Assembly: GCA_900128565.1 (NCBI GenBank)
Contig: LT635914.1
Span: 47,117-67,116, forward strand
Source: Stramenopiles sp. TOSAG23-6
Taxonomy: Eukaryota
DNA: 20,000 nucleotides
Direction of reading: 5' to 3'
In this document: positions 1 through 10,100 of the stretch, in pieces
How positions within the stretch are numbered: the stretch's first letter is position 1
Layout of the letters: each line of letters begins with the position of its first letter
Notes under the pieces: model-generated
Database searches by the model: none
What the model was told of the DNA's origin: nothing
The model's input: only the letters and a program-made list of their open reading frames with translations
Position numbers and translations under genes: made by a program

Positions 1-2
1 TA

Positions 3-749
3 GGACAAATCAATCGAATATTTACAATGAACATTTTATACCAGCGGTGGGGAAAGGTCGTAGATAAATTTGGTTCTATAATCAGTTGCAGCGATTCAAA
101 ATCACCCAAACAAAATAAAAAGGCTAGAAAAGGAAGAAAGAGAAGTATAGGTTGGGCGGTATTAGAAAAAAAAATAAGGTCAAGGGCTAAATGGAAGCGT
201 GAAAATAATTCATATTTGATTGCAAATTTATCCAGATCGGAAGATAATGAAGACAACCAAGAAAAAAGAGATTCTTTGGATATTATAGATTTATTCCAAC
301 AAAAAGGAATGATTTACAACAGATTTATCATTGATGCTCAGTCTCGTTTAAAATTGACATTCTGGGAATTGCGGGATTTTTACATTACTTCTATTGCGTC
401 AAAAATTCACGAAAATCATCGTAAGCTTTTTCTAAAATTTGACGGTACTTACACTTCAAACAAAGTAATTGTCGGAGGAAAAAGTTTTGATTTTTCTAAT
501 TTAAGTTTTGAAGACCTTCCGTGTACATCGCAGTATCGCCTCCTGGAAGTAGCTACTGCCGCAGTGAATGTAATTATGTCACATTTCCTTCAATGTTGCT
601 CAAGTGAAGCATTGAGATTGGAGTTTTCCATCTTGCCAGAGCACTGTGTTCAAGTATTTGACCAGTTATCTGACGAAAGTATCGACACGCGCCTCGTAAA
701 TGAAGCATTAAATTTAGTATTTATTGAATTCCAGAATAATAAAAAATAA
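3..749 (+). CDS. Mirror copy of the 3' end of the NACHT-WD40 gene (5'-partial, not an independent gene)
   Basis: The translation GQINRIFTMNILYQRW...EFQNNKK* is identical to the C-terminus of ORF 7172..13960(-). The frame is open to the window edge. Confidence 0.9.
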   Translation, partial: GQINRIFTMNILYQRWGKVVDKFGSIISCSDSKSPKQNKKARKGRKRSIGWAVLEKKIRSRAKWKRENNSYLIANLSRSEDNEDNQEKRDSLDIIDLFQQKGMIYNRFIIDAQSRLKLTFWELRDFYITSIASKIHENHRKLFLKFDGTYTSNKVIVGGKSFDFSNLSFEDLPCTSQYRLLEVATAAVNVIMSHFLQCCSSEALRLEFSILPEHCVQVFDQLSDESIDTRLVNEALNLVFIEFQNNKK

Positions 750-851
750 ATGTAAAATCAATAAATCTCATAGGTTTCATCAAAGCTTTTTGCAAGTAAT
801 CTTTTTGTGGCAATTTACATTAAAAACGGATAGATATATCCTATGACTCAA

Positions 852-2513
852 CTAATCTGTTTTTTGTCTTTTTTTATATCTACCAACATCGCCTTCTTCT
901 TCATCAGAGTCTGGCATATTTGTACCCNTGCCACTTTCAACGACAGCGCGAATCAAACCGAACAGTTTCTCCGCAGTCGGTCGTTCCAATTCCTTAATCA
1001 AAAGTGGCGCCAAAAGTTTCGCAATATCATGTTTTTGTTTGATTTTGAAGGAGTTCCAAATAGAGCCCCAGAATGGGGCAGTTATCATATTTCTATTGTA
1101 ATATTTCATATACGTACGGACCCAAGTACCGCTATCAAAAGAGGGCTTATCTGGAATCGGATTATCAAGAAAATTNATTAAGGTTTCTACCGGCCTTTTT
1201 CGTTCTTCTTCAGGCATCCAATAAATATGTTTTTGAAAATGCTCACGAAATGATCGATTCCACAGTATTATATTTTGGCCTAATAAAACCTCTACCATGA
1301 TTACACCAACACTAAACATATCCATATTTTTCATATTTCCATCATTCCCCAAAAATGACTCAAANCCTTTAAGTAATTCATCACTTGCACTCTCAAAATC
1401 GAGATTATTTTGAAGATGTGAAAACCAATTCGCGATATTTGGTGGNCCAACAGGGTTCACAGAGTGTATCAAAGCTTCATTATAAGGATATGTCACTGAT
1501 TTTGGGTCACAACCCCAACCAGAATCACTCCATGATGTATGACTTTGATTATATACAAATGTATCAAAACGGGCAATATCTTCTGGACTCATACCTTTTT
1601 GACNCTTAAAGCCATATTCTTCCTTATAACTTGCCACAATATCTTCGTATTCACCATTTAACTCTACACATGAATTACCAAAGTCTCCAATACGAATTGT
1701 AGAATTTTCAAAATCCACAAATAAATTCTCTGGTTTTAAATCCATATGGTAAACTCCTTTTGAGTGCATTGATCTGAGGCCATTTGCTGCACTTAAAAAG
1801 ATACTACAAAACCAATCAAAAATACTTGATTTTTTCCAGTGTTCCAAAACCAGNACATTAAATAAACTATCAAACTCATTGCTTGCACCGGGTATTTTCT
1901 CTTCGATTAAATCTTTGGGCATTGTTTTTGACATAAAACTTATATTATATATTAGATCAATTATTTCTTTCAGATTTCTGGAATTATTCACAATTCTGGG
2001 ACCAATTATTTGCGGCTGAACGTTCACACTTGGGCGACCCCTTTCAATCTTCTCAAAAACAATGGTTGGATTAGGAGCGAAAGCACCATCTTGATAAAAG
2101 CTTCCGATGTAACCCACCAAATTTTTACGTAAGCATTCACTCTGTTTTGCCTTACATATTAAGTTAGAAAACGCAATTTCTCTTGTCATTGAATAAGGTA
2201 GCGCTGGTTCAATAAACTCTTTTAATGCTACTTGNTTATCACAATCAGCATCCGANTCAAAATATTCTTTTGTTGATTCAGTGCGTTTCATTGTCCCGCC
2301 ACTTACGATTCCATATGTACCTCTACCAATTTCTTCTGCTTTAGTAAAATCTCTCGAGTTTAAAGAGCCAACCTTCCAACTTCCCATCGTAGTATTAAAA
2401 ATAGTTATAGAATCACCAAGTGCTACATCTAAAACTCTTTCAGCGTCTCCTACTGCTGCTTCAACAACCGAATTTATTCGAATTACCAAAACTATCAAGA
2501 CTACAAACTTCAT
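852..2513 (-). CDS. Ser/Thr protein kinase with signal-peptide-like N-terminus (left-arm copy)
   Basis: Gly-loop IGRGTYGIV, VALKEF, catalytic loop HMDLKPEN, IGDFG, DMFSVGVIM, ERPTAEKL. First ATG at 2513 (2519 is TTG). Confidence 0.9.
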   Translation of the reverse strand: MKFVVLIVLVIRINSVVEAAVGDAERVLDVALGDSITIFNTTMGSWKVGSLNSRDFTKAEEIGRGTYGIVSGGTMKRTESTKEYFXSDADCDXQVALKEFIEPALPYSMTREIAFSNLICKAKQSECLRKNLVGYIGSFYQDGAFAPNPTIVFEKIERGRPSVNVQPQIIGPRIVNNSRNLKEIIDLIYNISFMSKTMPKDLIEEKIPGASNEFDSLFNXLVLEHWKKSSIFDWFCSIFLSAANGLRSMHSKGVYHMDLKPENLFVDFENSTIRIGDFGNSCVELNGEYEDIVASYKEEYGFKXQKGMSPEDIARFDTFVYNQSHTSWSDSGWGCDPKSVTYPYNEALIHSVNPVXPPNIANWFSHLQNNLDFESASDELLKXFESFLGNDGNMKNMDMFSVGVIMVEVLLGQNIILWNRSFREHFQKHIYWMPEEERKRPVETLXNFLDNPIPDKPSFDSGTWVRTYMKYYNRNMITAPFWGSIWNSFKIKQKHDIAKLLAPLLIKELERPTAEKLFGLIRAVVESGXGTNMPDSDEEEGDVGRYKKRQKTD

Positions 2514-2763
2514 TTTCAAATACTGTAAGCCTACTTTATACCAATAGTTTATTAAAAATGATGACTGCGGAGCAATCGATTATTGTGAAATAAAGTAAAA
2601 AGGAAAGAGCAATGAAAAAGAGATGGGTTAGTTATACCATATGTATACCTATATATGTTCAGAAAGAGCCAGTTCGGCCGGTGTACCGGGTATCGTTCCG
2701 CTCGTGCGCGTCGGTCATTTGCAAGTTCCTTTGCTATGCAGCTACTCGCATTGTAATATTTCC

Positions 2764-3846
2764 ATGACAACACCAAGTCCTGAGAATATGACGACTATTA
2801 ATGATGACCTTTCAGCTAAAGCAGACGAGCTTCGATCTCTCCTCGCAAACCAAAAAGAGCTTGTACGGGGCATGAAAAAAGATAAGGGAAATCATTCTGC
2901 TGAAGAGATTAAGGCTGCTGTTACAAAGATGCAAAAGTTGGCGAAAGATCTACGGTTAGTACTCAAAGACGTCAGCGTCGATTTAGAAGTTCCTGACGAG
3001 GCAGCTTTGCAAAAACTTTTGAAACAACGTTTTTTCGTTGTCCCATCTTTTGAGATCTATGGAGGTTGTGGTGGGCTCTACGATTTCGGTCCTCCTGGTT
3101 GTGCCCTCAAGGCCAACTTCATTTCTCTGTGGCGCAATCACTTTGTGATGCAGGAAAATATGTTAGAAGTTGACTGCACTAATCTTACACCAGAATCCGT
3201 TCTCAAGACATCAGGGCATGTAGACCTTTTCACCGATCTCATGGTGAAAGATCTTGTCACTGGTGAACCTCACCGTGCTGACAAACTTCTTGAACTTCAT
3301 ATTGAAGAGCTATTGAAAGATGTAGAAATGCCAACTGCTAAACGCAGGGAGCTCGAACGGATTCATGCTCAGGCTGATGCTTTTTCACCAACTGAACTCG
3401 ATTCACAATTCGAACGATTCGGTATTAAATCNCCAACGACTGACAACGAGTTAAGTACTTCTTTCCCTTTTAATCTAATGTTTGCTACAACAATCGGCCC
3501 AGAAGGCCATAATAAAGGTTTCCTCCGTCCTGANACTGCACAAGGAATTTTTGTTAACTTTAAGCGACTCCTTGAATTTAATGCAGGCAAAATGCCATTT
3601 GCTGCTGCACAGGTAGGCATTGGCTTTCGCAATGAAATTTCTCCTCGCGGTGGACTCATTCGCGTTCGTGANTTTCCAATGGCTGAAATTGAACATTTTG
3701 TTAACCCTAACAATAAGAAACATCCAAAATTTAAACATATTTCTGATATGAAGATTCCACTTTTTCCAAGTTCTTCTCAACTTGGCGATGGAAAGTTATG
3801 TGAGATATCTATAGGAGAAGCAGTAAAAAATGGAGTAGTCGATAAT
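2764..3846 (+). CDS. GARS1: Glycine--tRNA ligase, eukaryotic alpha2 type, exon 1 (3'-truncated by the fold-back); possible in-frame upstream ATG at 2641
   Basis: WHEP-like helix pair [17 protein letters not shown]...[66 protein letters not shown]; [13 protein letters not shown]; motif 2 [17 protein letters not shown]. Homology ends at GVVDN, immediately followed by the donor-like GTACGT and T-rich sequence. Confidence 0.95.
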
Positions 3847-3960
3847 GTACGTTTTCACTACATTTTACATATATTTTGTTTTTTCGTGTTTTTTACGAAA
3901 AAAAAAATTTGTACTTGAAAATTGTTTTTTTTACTCAAAAAAAAAAAAAAAAAAAAAAAT
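3847..3960 (+). other. GlyRS intron, 5' part only; member of the AT|GTAYGTTTT intron family
   Basis: Junction GATAAT|GTACGTTTT at the point where GlyRS similarity stops. Internal TACGAAA...TTGTACTTGA resembles TACGAAA...GTACCTAAC of the CFAP58 introns. The 3' end is lost at the poly-A hairpin centre. Confidence 0.8.
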
Positions 3961-4074
3961 ATTTTTTTTTTTTTTTTTTTTTTTGAGTAAAAAAAACAAT
4001 TTTCAAGTACAAATTTTTTTTTTCGTAAAAAACACGAAAAAACAAAATATATGTAAAATGTAGTGAAAACGTAC

Positions 4075-5157
4075 ATTATCGACTACTCCATTTTTTACTG
4101 CTTCTCCTATAGATATCTCACATAACTTTCCATCGCCAAGTTGAGAAGAACTTGGAAAAAGTGGAATCTTCATATCAGAAATATGTTTAAATTTTGGATG
4201 TTTCTTATTGTTAGGGTTAACAAAATGTTCAATTTCAGCCATTGGAAANTCACGAACGCGAATGAGTCCACCGCGAGGAGAAATTTCATTGCGAAAGCCA
4301 ATGCCTACCTGTGCAGCAGCAAATGGCATTTTGCCTGCATTAAATTCAAGGAGTCGCTTAAAGTTAACAAAAATTCCTTGTGCAGTNTCAGGACGGAGGA
4401 AACCTTTATTATGGCCTTCTGGGCCGATTGTTGTAGCAAACATTAGATTAAAAGGGAAAGAAGTACTTAACTCGTTGTCAGTCGTTGGNGATTTAATACC
4501 GAATCGTTCGAATTGTGAATCGAGTTCAGTTGGTGAAAAAGCATCAGCCTGAGCATGAATCCGTTCGAGCTCCCTGCGTTTAGCAGTTGGCATTTCTACA
4601 TCTTTCAATAGCTCTTCAATATGAAGTTCAAGAAGTTTGTCAGCACGGTGAGGTTCACCAGTGACAAGATCTTTCACCATGAGATCGGTGAAAAGGTCTA
4701 CATGCCCTGATGTCTTGAGAACGGATTCTGGTGTAAGATTAGTGCAGTCAACTTCTAACATATTTTCCTGCATCACAAAGTGATTGCGCCACAGAGAAAT
4801 GAAGTTGGCCTTGAGGGCACAACCAGGAGGACCGAAATCGTAGAGCCCACCACAACCTCCATAGATCTCAAAAGATGGGACAACGAAAAAACGTTGTTTC
4901 AAAAGTTTTTGCAAAGCTGCCTCGTCAGGAACTTCTAAATCGACGCTGACGTCTTTGAGTACTAACCGTAGATCTTTCGCCAACTTTTGCATCTTTGTAA
5001 CAGCAGCCTTAATCTCTTCAGCAGAATGATTTCCCTTATCTTTTTTCATGCCCCGTACAAGCTCTTTTTGGTTTGCGAGGAGAGATCGAAGCTCGTCTGC
5101 TTTAGCTGAAAGGTCATCATTAATAGTCGTCATATTCTCAGGACTTGGTGTTGTCAT
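4075..5157 (-). CDS. GARS1: Glycine--tRNA ligase exon 1 (right-arm copy, 3'-truncated)
   Basis: Mirror of 2764..3846 with an identical translation. Confidence 0.95.
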
Positions 5158-5407
5158 GGAAATATTACAATGCGAGTAGCTGCATAGCAAAGGAACTTGC
5201 AAATGACCGACGCGCACGAGCGGAACGATACCCGGTACACCGGCCGAACTGGCTCTTTCTGAACATATATAGGTATACATATGGTATAACTAACCCATCT
5301 CTTTTTCATTGCTCTTTCCTTTTTACTTTATTTCACAATAATCGATTGCTCCGCAGTCATCATTTTTAATAAACTATTGGTATAAAGTAGGCTTACAGTA
5401 TTTGAAA

Positions 5408-7069
5408 ATGAAGTTTGTAGTCTTGATAGTTTTGGTAATTCGAATAAATTCGGTTGTTGAAGCAGCAGTAGGAGACGCTGAAAGAGTTTTAGATGTAGCA
5501 CTTGGTGATTCTATAACTATTTTTAATACTACGATGGGAAGTTGGAAGGTTGGCTCTTTAAACTCGAGAGATTTTACTAAAGCAGAAGAAATTGGTAGAG
5601 GTACATATGGAATCGTAAGTGGCGGGACAATGAAACGCACTGAATCAACAAAAGAATATTTTGANTCGGATGCTGATTGTGATAANCAAGTAGCATTAAA
5701 AGAGTTTATTGAACCAGCGCTACCTTATTCAATGACAAGAGAAATTGCGTTTTCTAACTTAATATGTAAGGCAAAACAGAGTGAATGCTTACGTAAAAAT
5801 TTGGTGGGTTACATCGGAAGCTTTTATCAAGATGGTGCTTTCGCTCCTAATCCAACCATTGTTTTTGAGAAGATTGAAAGGGGTCGCCCAAGTGTGAACG
5901 TTCAGCCGCAAATAATTGGTCCCAGAATTGTGAATAATTCCAGAAATCTGAAAGAAATAATTGATCTAATATATAATATAAGTTTTATGTCAAAAACAAT
6001 GCCCAAAGATTTAATCGAAGAGAAAATACCCGGTGCAAGCAATGAGTTTGATAGTTTATTTAATGTNCTGGTTTTGGAACACTGGAAAAAATCAAGTATT
6101 TTTGATTGGTTTTGTAGTATCTTTTTAAGTGCAGCAAATGGCCTCAGATCAATGCACTCAAAAGGAGTTTACCATATGGATTTAAAACCAGAGAATTTAT
6201 TTGTGGATTTTGAAAATTCTACAATTCGTATTGGAGACTTTGGTAATTCATGTGTAGAGTTAAATGGTGAATACGAAGATATTGTGGCAAGTTATAAGGA
6301 AGAATATGGCTTTAAGNGTCAAAAAGGTATGAGTCCAGAAGATATTGCCCGTTTTGATACATTTGTATATAATCAAAGTCATACATCATGGAGTGATTCT
6401 GGTTGGGGTTGTGACCCAAAATCAGTGACATATCCTTATAATGAAGCTTTGATACACTCTGTGAACCCTGTTGGNCCACCAAATATCGCGAATTGGTTTT
6501 CACATCTTCAAAATAATCTCGATTTTGAGAGTGCAAGTGATGAATTACTTAAAGGNTTTGAGTCATTTTTGGGGAATGATGGAAATATGAAAAATATGGA
6601 TATGTTTAGTGTTGGTGTAATCATGGTAGAGGTTTTATTAGGCCAAAATATAATACTGTGGAATCGATCATTTCGTGAGCATTTTCAAAAACATATTTAT
6701 TGGATGCCTGAAGAAGAACGAAAAAGGCCGGTAGAAACCTTAATNAATTTTCTTGATAATCCGATTCCAGATAAGCCCTCTTTTGATAGCGGTACTTGGG
6801 TCCGTACGTATATGAAATATTACAATAGAAATATGATAACTGCCCCATTCTGGGGCTCTATTTGGAACTCCTTCAAAATCAAACAAAAACATGATATTGC
6901 GAAACTTTTGGCGCCACTTTTGATTAAGGAATTGGAACGACCGACTGCGGAGAAACTGTTCGGTTTGATTCGCGCTGTCGTTGAAAGTGGCANGGGTACA
7001 AATATGCCAGACTCTGATGAAGAAGAAGGCGATGTTGGTAGATATAAAAAAAGACAAAAAACAGATTAG
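5408..7069 (+). CDS. Ser/Thr protein kinase with signal-peptide-like N-terminus (right-arm copy), intronless, ~553 aa
   Basis: Same kinase motifs as 852..2513. N-terminus MKFVVLIVLVIRINSVVEAAVG; C-terminus DSDEEEGDVGRYKKRQKTD. Divergent from GlyRS and convergent with the NACHT-WD40 gene. Confidence 0.9.
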   Translation: MKFVVLIVLVIRINSVVEAAVGDAERVLDVALGDSITIFNTTMGSWKVGSLNSRDFTKAEEIGRGTYGIVSGGTMKRTESTKEYFXSDADCDXQVALKEFIEPALPYSMTREIAFSNLICKAKQSECLRKNLVGYIGSFYQDGAFAPNPTIVFEKIERGRPSVNVQPQIIGPRIVNNSRNLKEIIDLIYNISFMSKTMPKDLIEEKIPGASNEFDSLFNXLVLEHWKKSSIFDWFCSIFLSAANGLRSMHSKGVYHMDLKPENLFVDFENSTIRIGDFGNSCVELNGEYEDIVASYKEEYGFKXQKGMSPEDIARFDTFVYNQSHTSWSDSGWGCDPKSVTYPYNEALIHSVNPVXPPNIANWFSHLQNNLDFESASDELLKXFESFLGNDGNMKNMDMFSVGVIMVEVLLGQNIILWNRSFREHFQKHIYWMPEEERKRPVETLXNFLDNPIPDKPSFDSGTWVRTYMKYYNRNMITAPFWGSIWNSFKIKQKHDIAKLLAPLLIKELERPTAEKLFGLIRAVVESGXGTNMPDSDEEEGDVGRYKKRQKTD

Positions 7070-7171
7070 TTGAGTCATAGGATATATCTATCCGTTTTTA
7101 ATGTAAATTGCCACAAAAAGATTACTTGCAAAAAGCTTTGATGAAACCTATGAGATTTATTGATTTTACAT

Positions 7172-10100
7172 TTATTTTTTATTATTCTGGAATTCAATAA
7201 ATACTAAATTTAATGCTTCATTTACGAGGCGCGTGTCGATACTTTCGTCAGATAACTGGTCAAATACTTGAACACAGTGCTCTGGCAAGATGGAAAACTC
7301 CAATCTCAATGCTTCACTTGAGCAACATTGAAGGAAATGTGACATAATTACATTCACTGCGGCAGTAGCTACTTCCAGGAGGCGATACTGCGATGTACAC
7401 GGAAGGTCTTCAAAACTTAAATTAGAAAAATCAAAACTTTTTCCTCCGACAATTACTTTGTTTGAAGTGTAAGTACCGTCAAATTTTAGAAAAAGCTTAC
7501 GATGATTTTCGTGAATTTTTGACGCAATAGAAGTAATGTAAAAATCCCGCAATTCCCAGAATGTCAATTTTAAACGAGACTGAGCATCAATGATAAATCT
7601 GTTGTAAATCATTCCTTTTTGTTGGAATAAATCTATAATATCCAAAGAATCTCTTTTTTCTTGGTTGTCTTCATTATCTTCCGATCTGGATAAATTTGCA
7701 ATCAAATATGAATTATTTTCACGCTTCCATTTAGCCCTTGACCTTATTTTTTTTTCTAATACCGCCCAACCTATACTTCTCTTTCTTCCTTTTCTAGCCT
7801 TTTTATTTTGTTTGGGTGATTTTGAATCGCTGCAACTGATTATAGAACCAAATTTATCTACGACCTTTCCCCACCGCTGGTATAAAATGTTCATTGTAAA
7901 TATTCGATTGATTTGTCCTAAACCAGCCAGTGGTTCGTATATTTGCATTATATAAATATTACCTGTGTCATCTCCACAAGTCAAAGTTTTGTTGTCAGAA
8001 GAAACAAATATTGCAGTAATACAAACATAAAACTTATATTCACAGTACCTATACCCAGTAANGGGGCACCATAACATCATTCGTTGATCATAACCTCCAG
8101 ATACAAGAAACATGAGATTTGGTGAAAATGCTAGCGTCGATATTGCCGCAGAATGTCCAGCAAATGCACCAGGCAGTGTCGAGATTTCTGGTTTTCTAGC
8201 CAAACTTAGGGTATTCCANACTGCAATGTTAGAAATATCATCACCAATTGCAATTAAATTTCCATCTGCTGCAATGCACATGGCGCTTAATCTACCTCGA
8301 AGTTTTGGGTGATTGGAAGCATTCCAATTTGGTGTTGCATTACGTAAAGATAGTGAACTATTTTCAAGATCCACGCAATGTGTGTTCACCACCCCCACAT
8401 CATTCATTACTACTAAGTAACTTCCATCTTCACCACTATTAGTGGAAAGCACGAATGAAGAAATAGGACCAAACTTCAAATTTACATTATACAGTTTTTN
8501 AGGATTTGACCATGCGTTAGTTTTGCTACCAGATCCCCAAATTGCAATGAGTGAGTTTTTATCCCCCGAAATAAGACGGTCTTCATTCACAACTAAGCAT
8601 GTTATACCTGTGTTGTGTGCGGCCATTGTGCTTAATTCGGATGCTAGTAAGGATGCATGTGGTTGCTTCTTTNTCTTGCTTTGAATGGCCGTGGAAAATT
8701 TCCACGCAACAATTTTTGAATCAACGTCATCACCGCCTGAGAAAAGTATTATTTCGCCACNCTTTTGGGGTGATGCAAATGCAATTGATAAGACTGAATC
8801 TATATGCCCTTTGAGTTTACATGCTAATTGATTCAATTGTATATCCCATAAATGTAACGATAAGTCTAGTGAACCACACGCAACGTACCGAGAATCATGA
8901 CTTACTTTACAGCACATAACCCNATTAGAATGTTTGTGGGTTTTCCCATTCAGCATCAACCGTTTATCTGAAGAAGAACCTAACTGCATTCCTGTATGGA
9001 GAAATAACCGCACAGTAGTGTCGTGGCTACAACTGGTGATGGTCCCATCATGGAGGAAATCACAACCGCTTACTGCATCATTATGTCCACTAATAGATCG
9101 AATTACTTTGCATTTCTTAATATCCCAGAGCAAAATACTATTATCTAGCCCGCATGTAATAAGTTCTCCTTCTTTTTCATCNTTAAACGCCGCGCTTAAT
9201 AAGCCACGTGAATGACCCTTATCTTCTCGTAGTACACAAATACAACCACCGTTATTTGGGTTCTTACCTAGGAACATATTACCTGTTGTACTCCACAGCA
9301 TGGCACATCCGTCTAACGAAGTAGTGCAAAACACGTCGTTGCTTTGNTGCCAAGTCAATGACGTCACTCTGTCCAAATGGTGTGCTGTATATTTTATTTC
9401 GATGACAATTTTGCTCCCGGAAATATNATCAGTATCAAATAAAATGATATTGCCAGTGATATTACCAACAGCACACTTATCGCCAAATGGGGAAAAATCA
9501 ACCGCAGTAAACTGACTTAATTCATACGCTGCAGACCACGAAGTTACTTGCTCNGAGGATTTCTTGCAATTCCAGAATCTTATTGCGGAGTCGGAAGATA
9601 CTGATACAATCCAAAGTCCATTATATGTCAATGAAATATCTGAAACNGAGGAAGAGCTATGACCCCCNTCAATACGGGAAGTTAGTTCATACTCTGGGCT
9701 NTTCCAAATAAGAATATCCCCAGCTCTATCACCTGAAGCTATGCACTCTCTGCACCACGAAACACTTGTTATCCCAGAAGTGTGACCTTCTAAGCTTTTA
9801 TCTACTGTCATTGTTTCATCTATAGTTATTATTTGTAGATTTGCATTCTCAAATCCGATTAAAGCTTGAGCTTTATTCGGAGACATACACATTACATTCA
9901 TTCTCATATCAGCATAAACATGNTTAGCGTCTTTTCGTTCAGTATCTTTGCATAGAAGTTTCTGTTGAATCAGTATGGGACAGGCGCCAAATGTGTCAAT
10001 ATTTGATTCCAATGTACTTGTACAAAAGTCCGCCGCAATGGATGAGATACCCTGACTNCCCAAAGCTTGCTGGAAAATCTTTGTAGGAGATGAATTCAGT

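Larger units (their letters stand above)
1..7920. repeat. Spacer-less inverted repeat (two 3960-bp arms; position i pairs with 7921-i), centred on A23-TA-T23; the left arm runs to the window edge
   Basis: 1-10 TAGGACAAAT is the reverse complement of 7911-7920 ATTTGTCCTA. The ORFs are mirrored with identical translations (852..2519- / 5402..7069+; 2641..3918+ / 4003..5280-). N positions are mirrored (928/6993, 1176/6745, 3432/4489). Confidence 0.99.

Noticed and set aside
3845-4076. Two identical 72-aa ORFs on opposite strands across the palindrome centre
   Set aside because: F/K-rich translation of an A/T-rich intron and its mirror image; identical only because of the palindrome.
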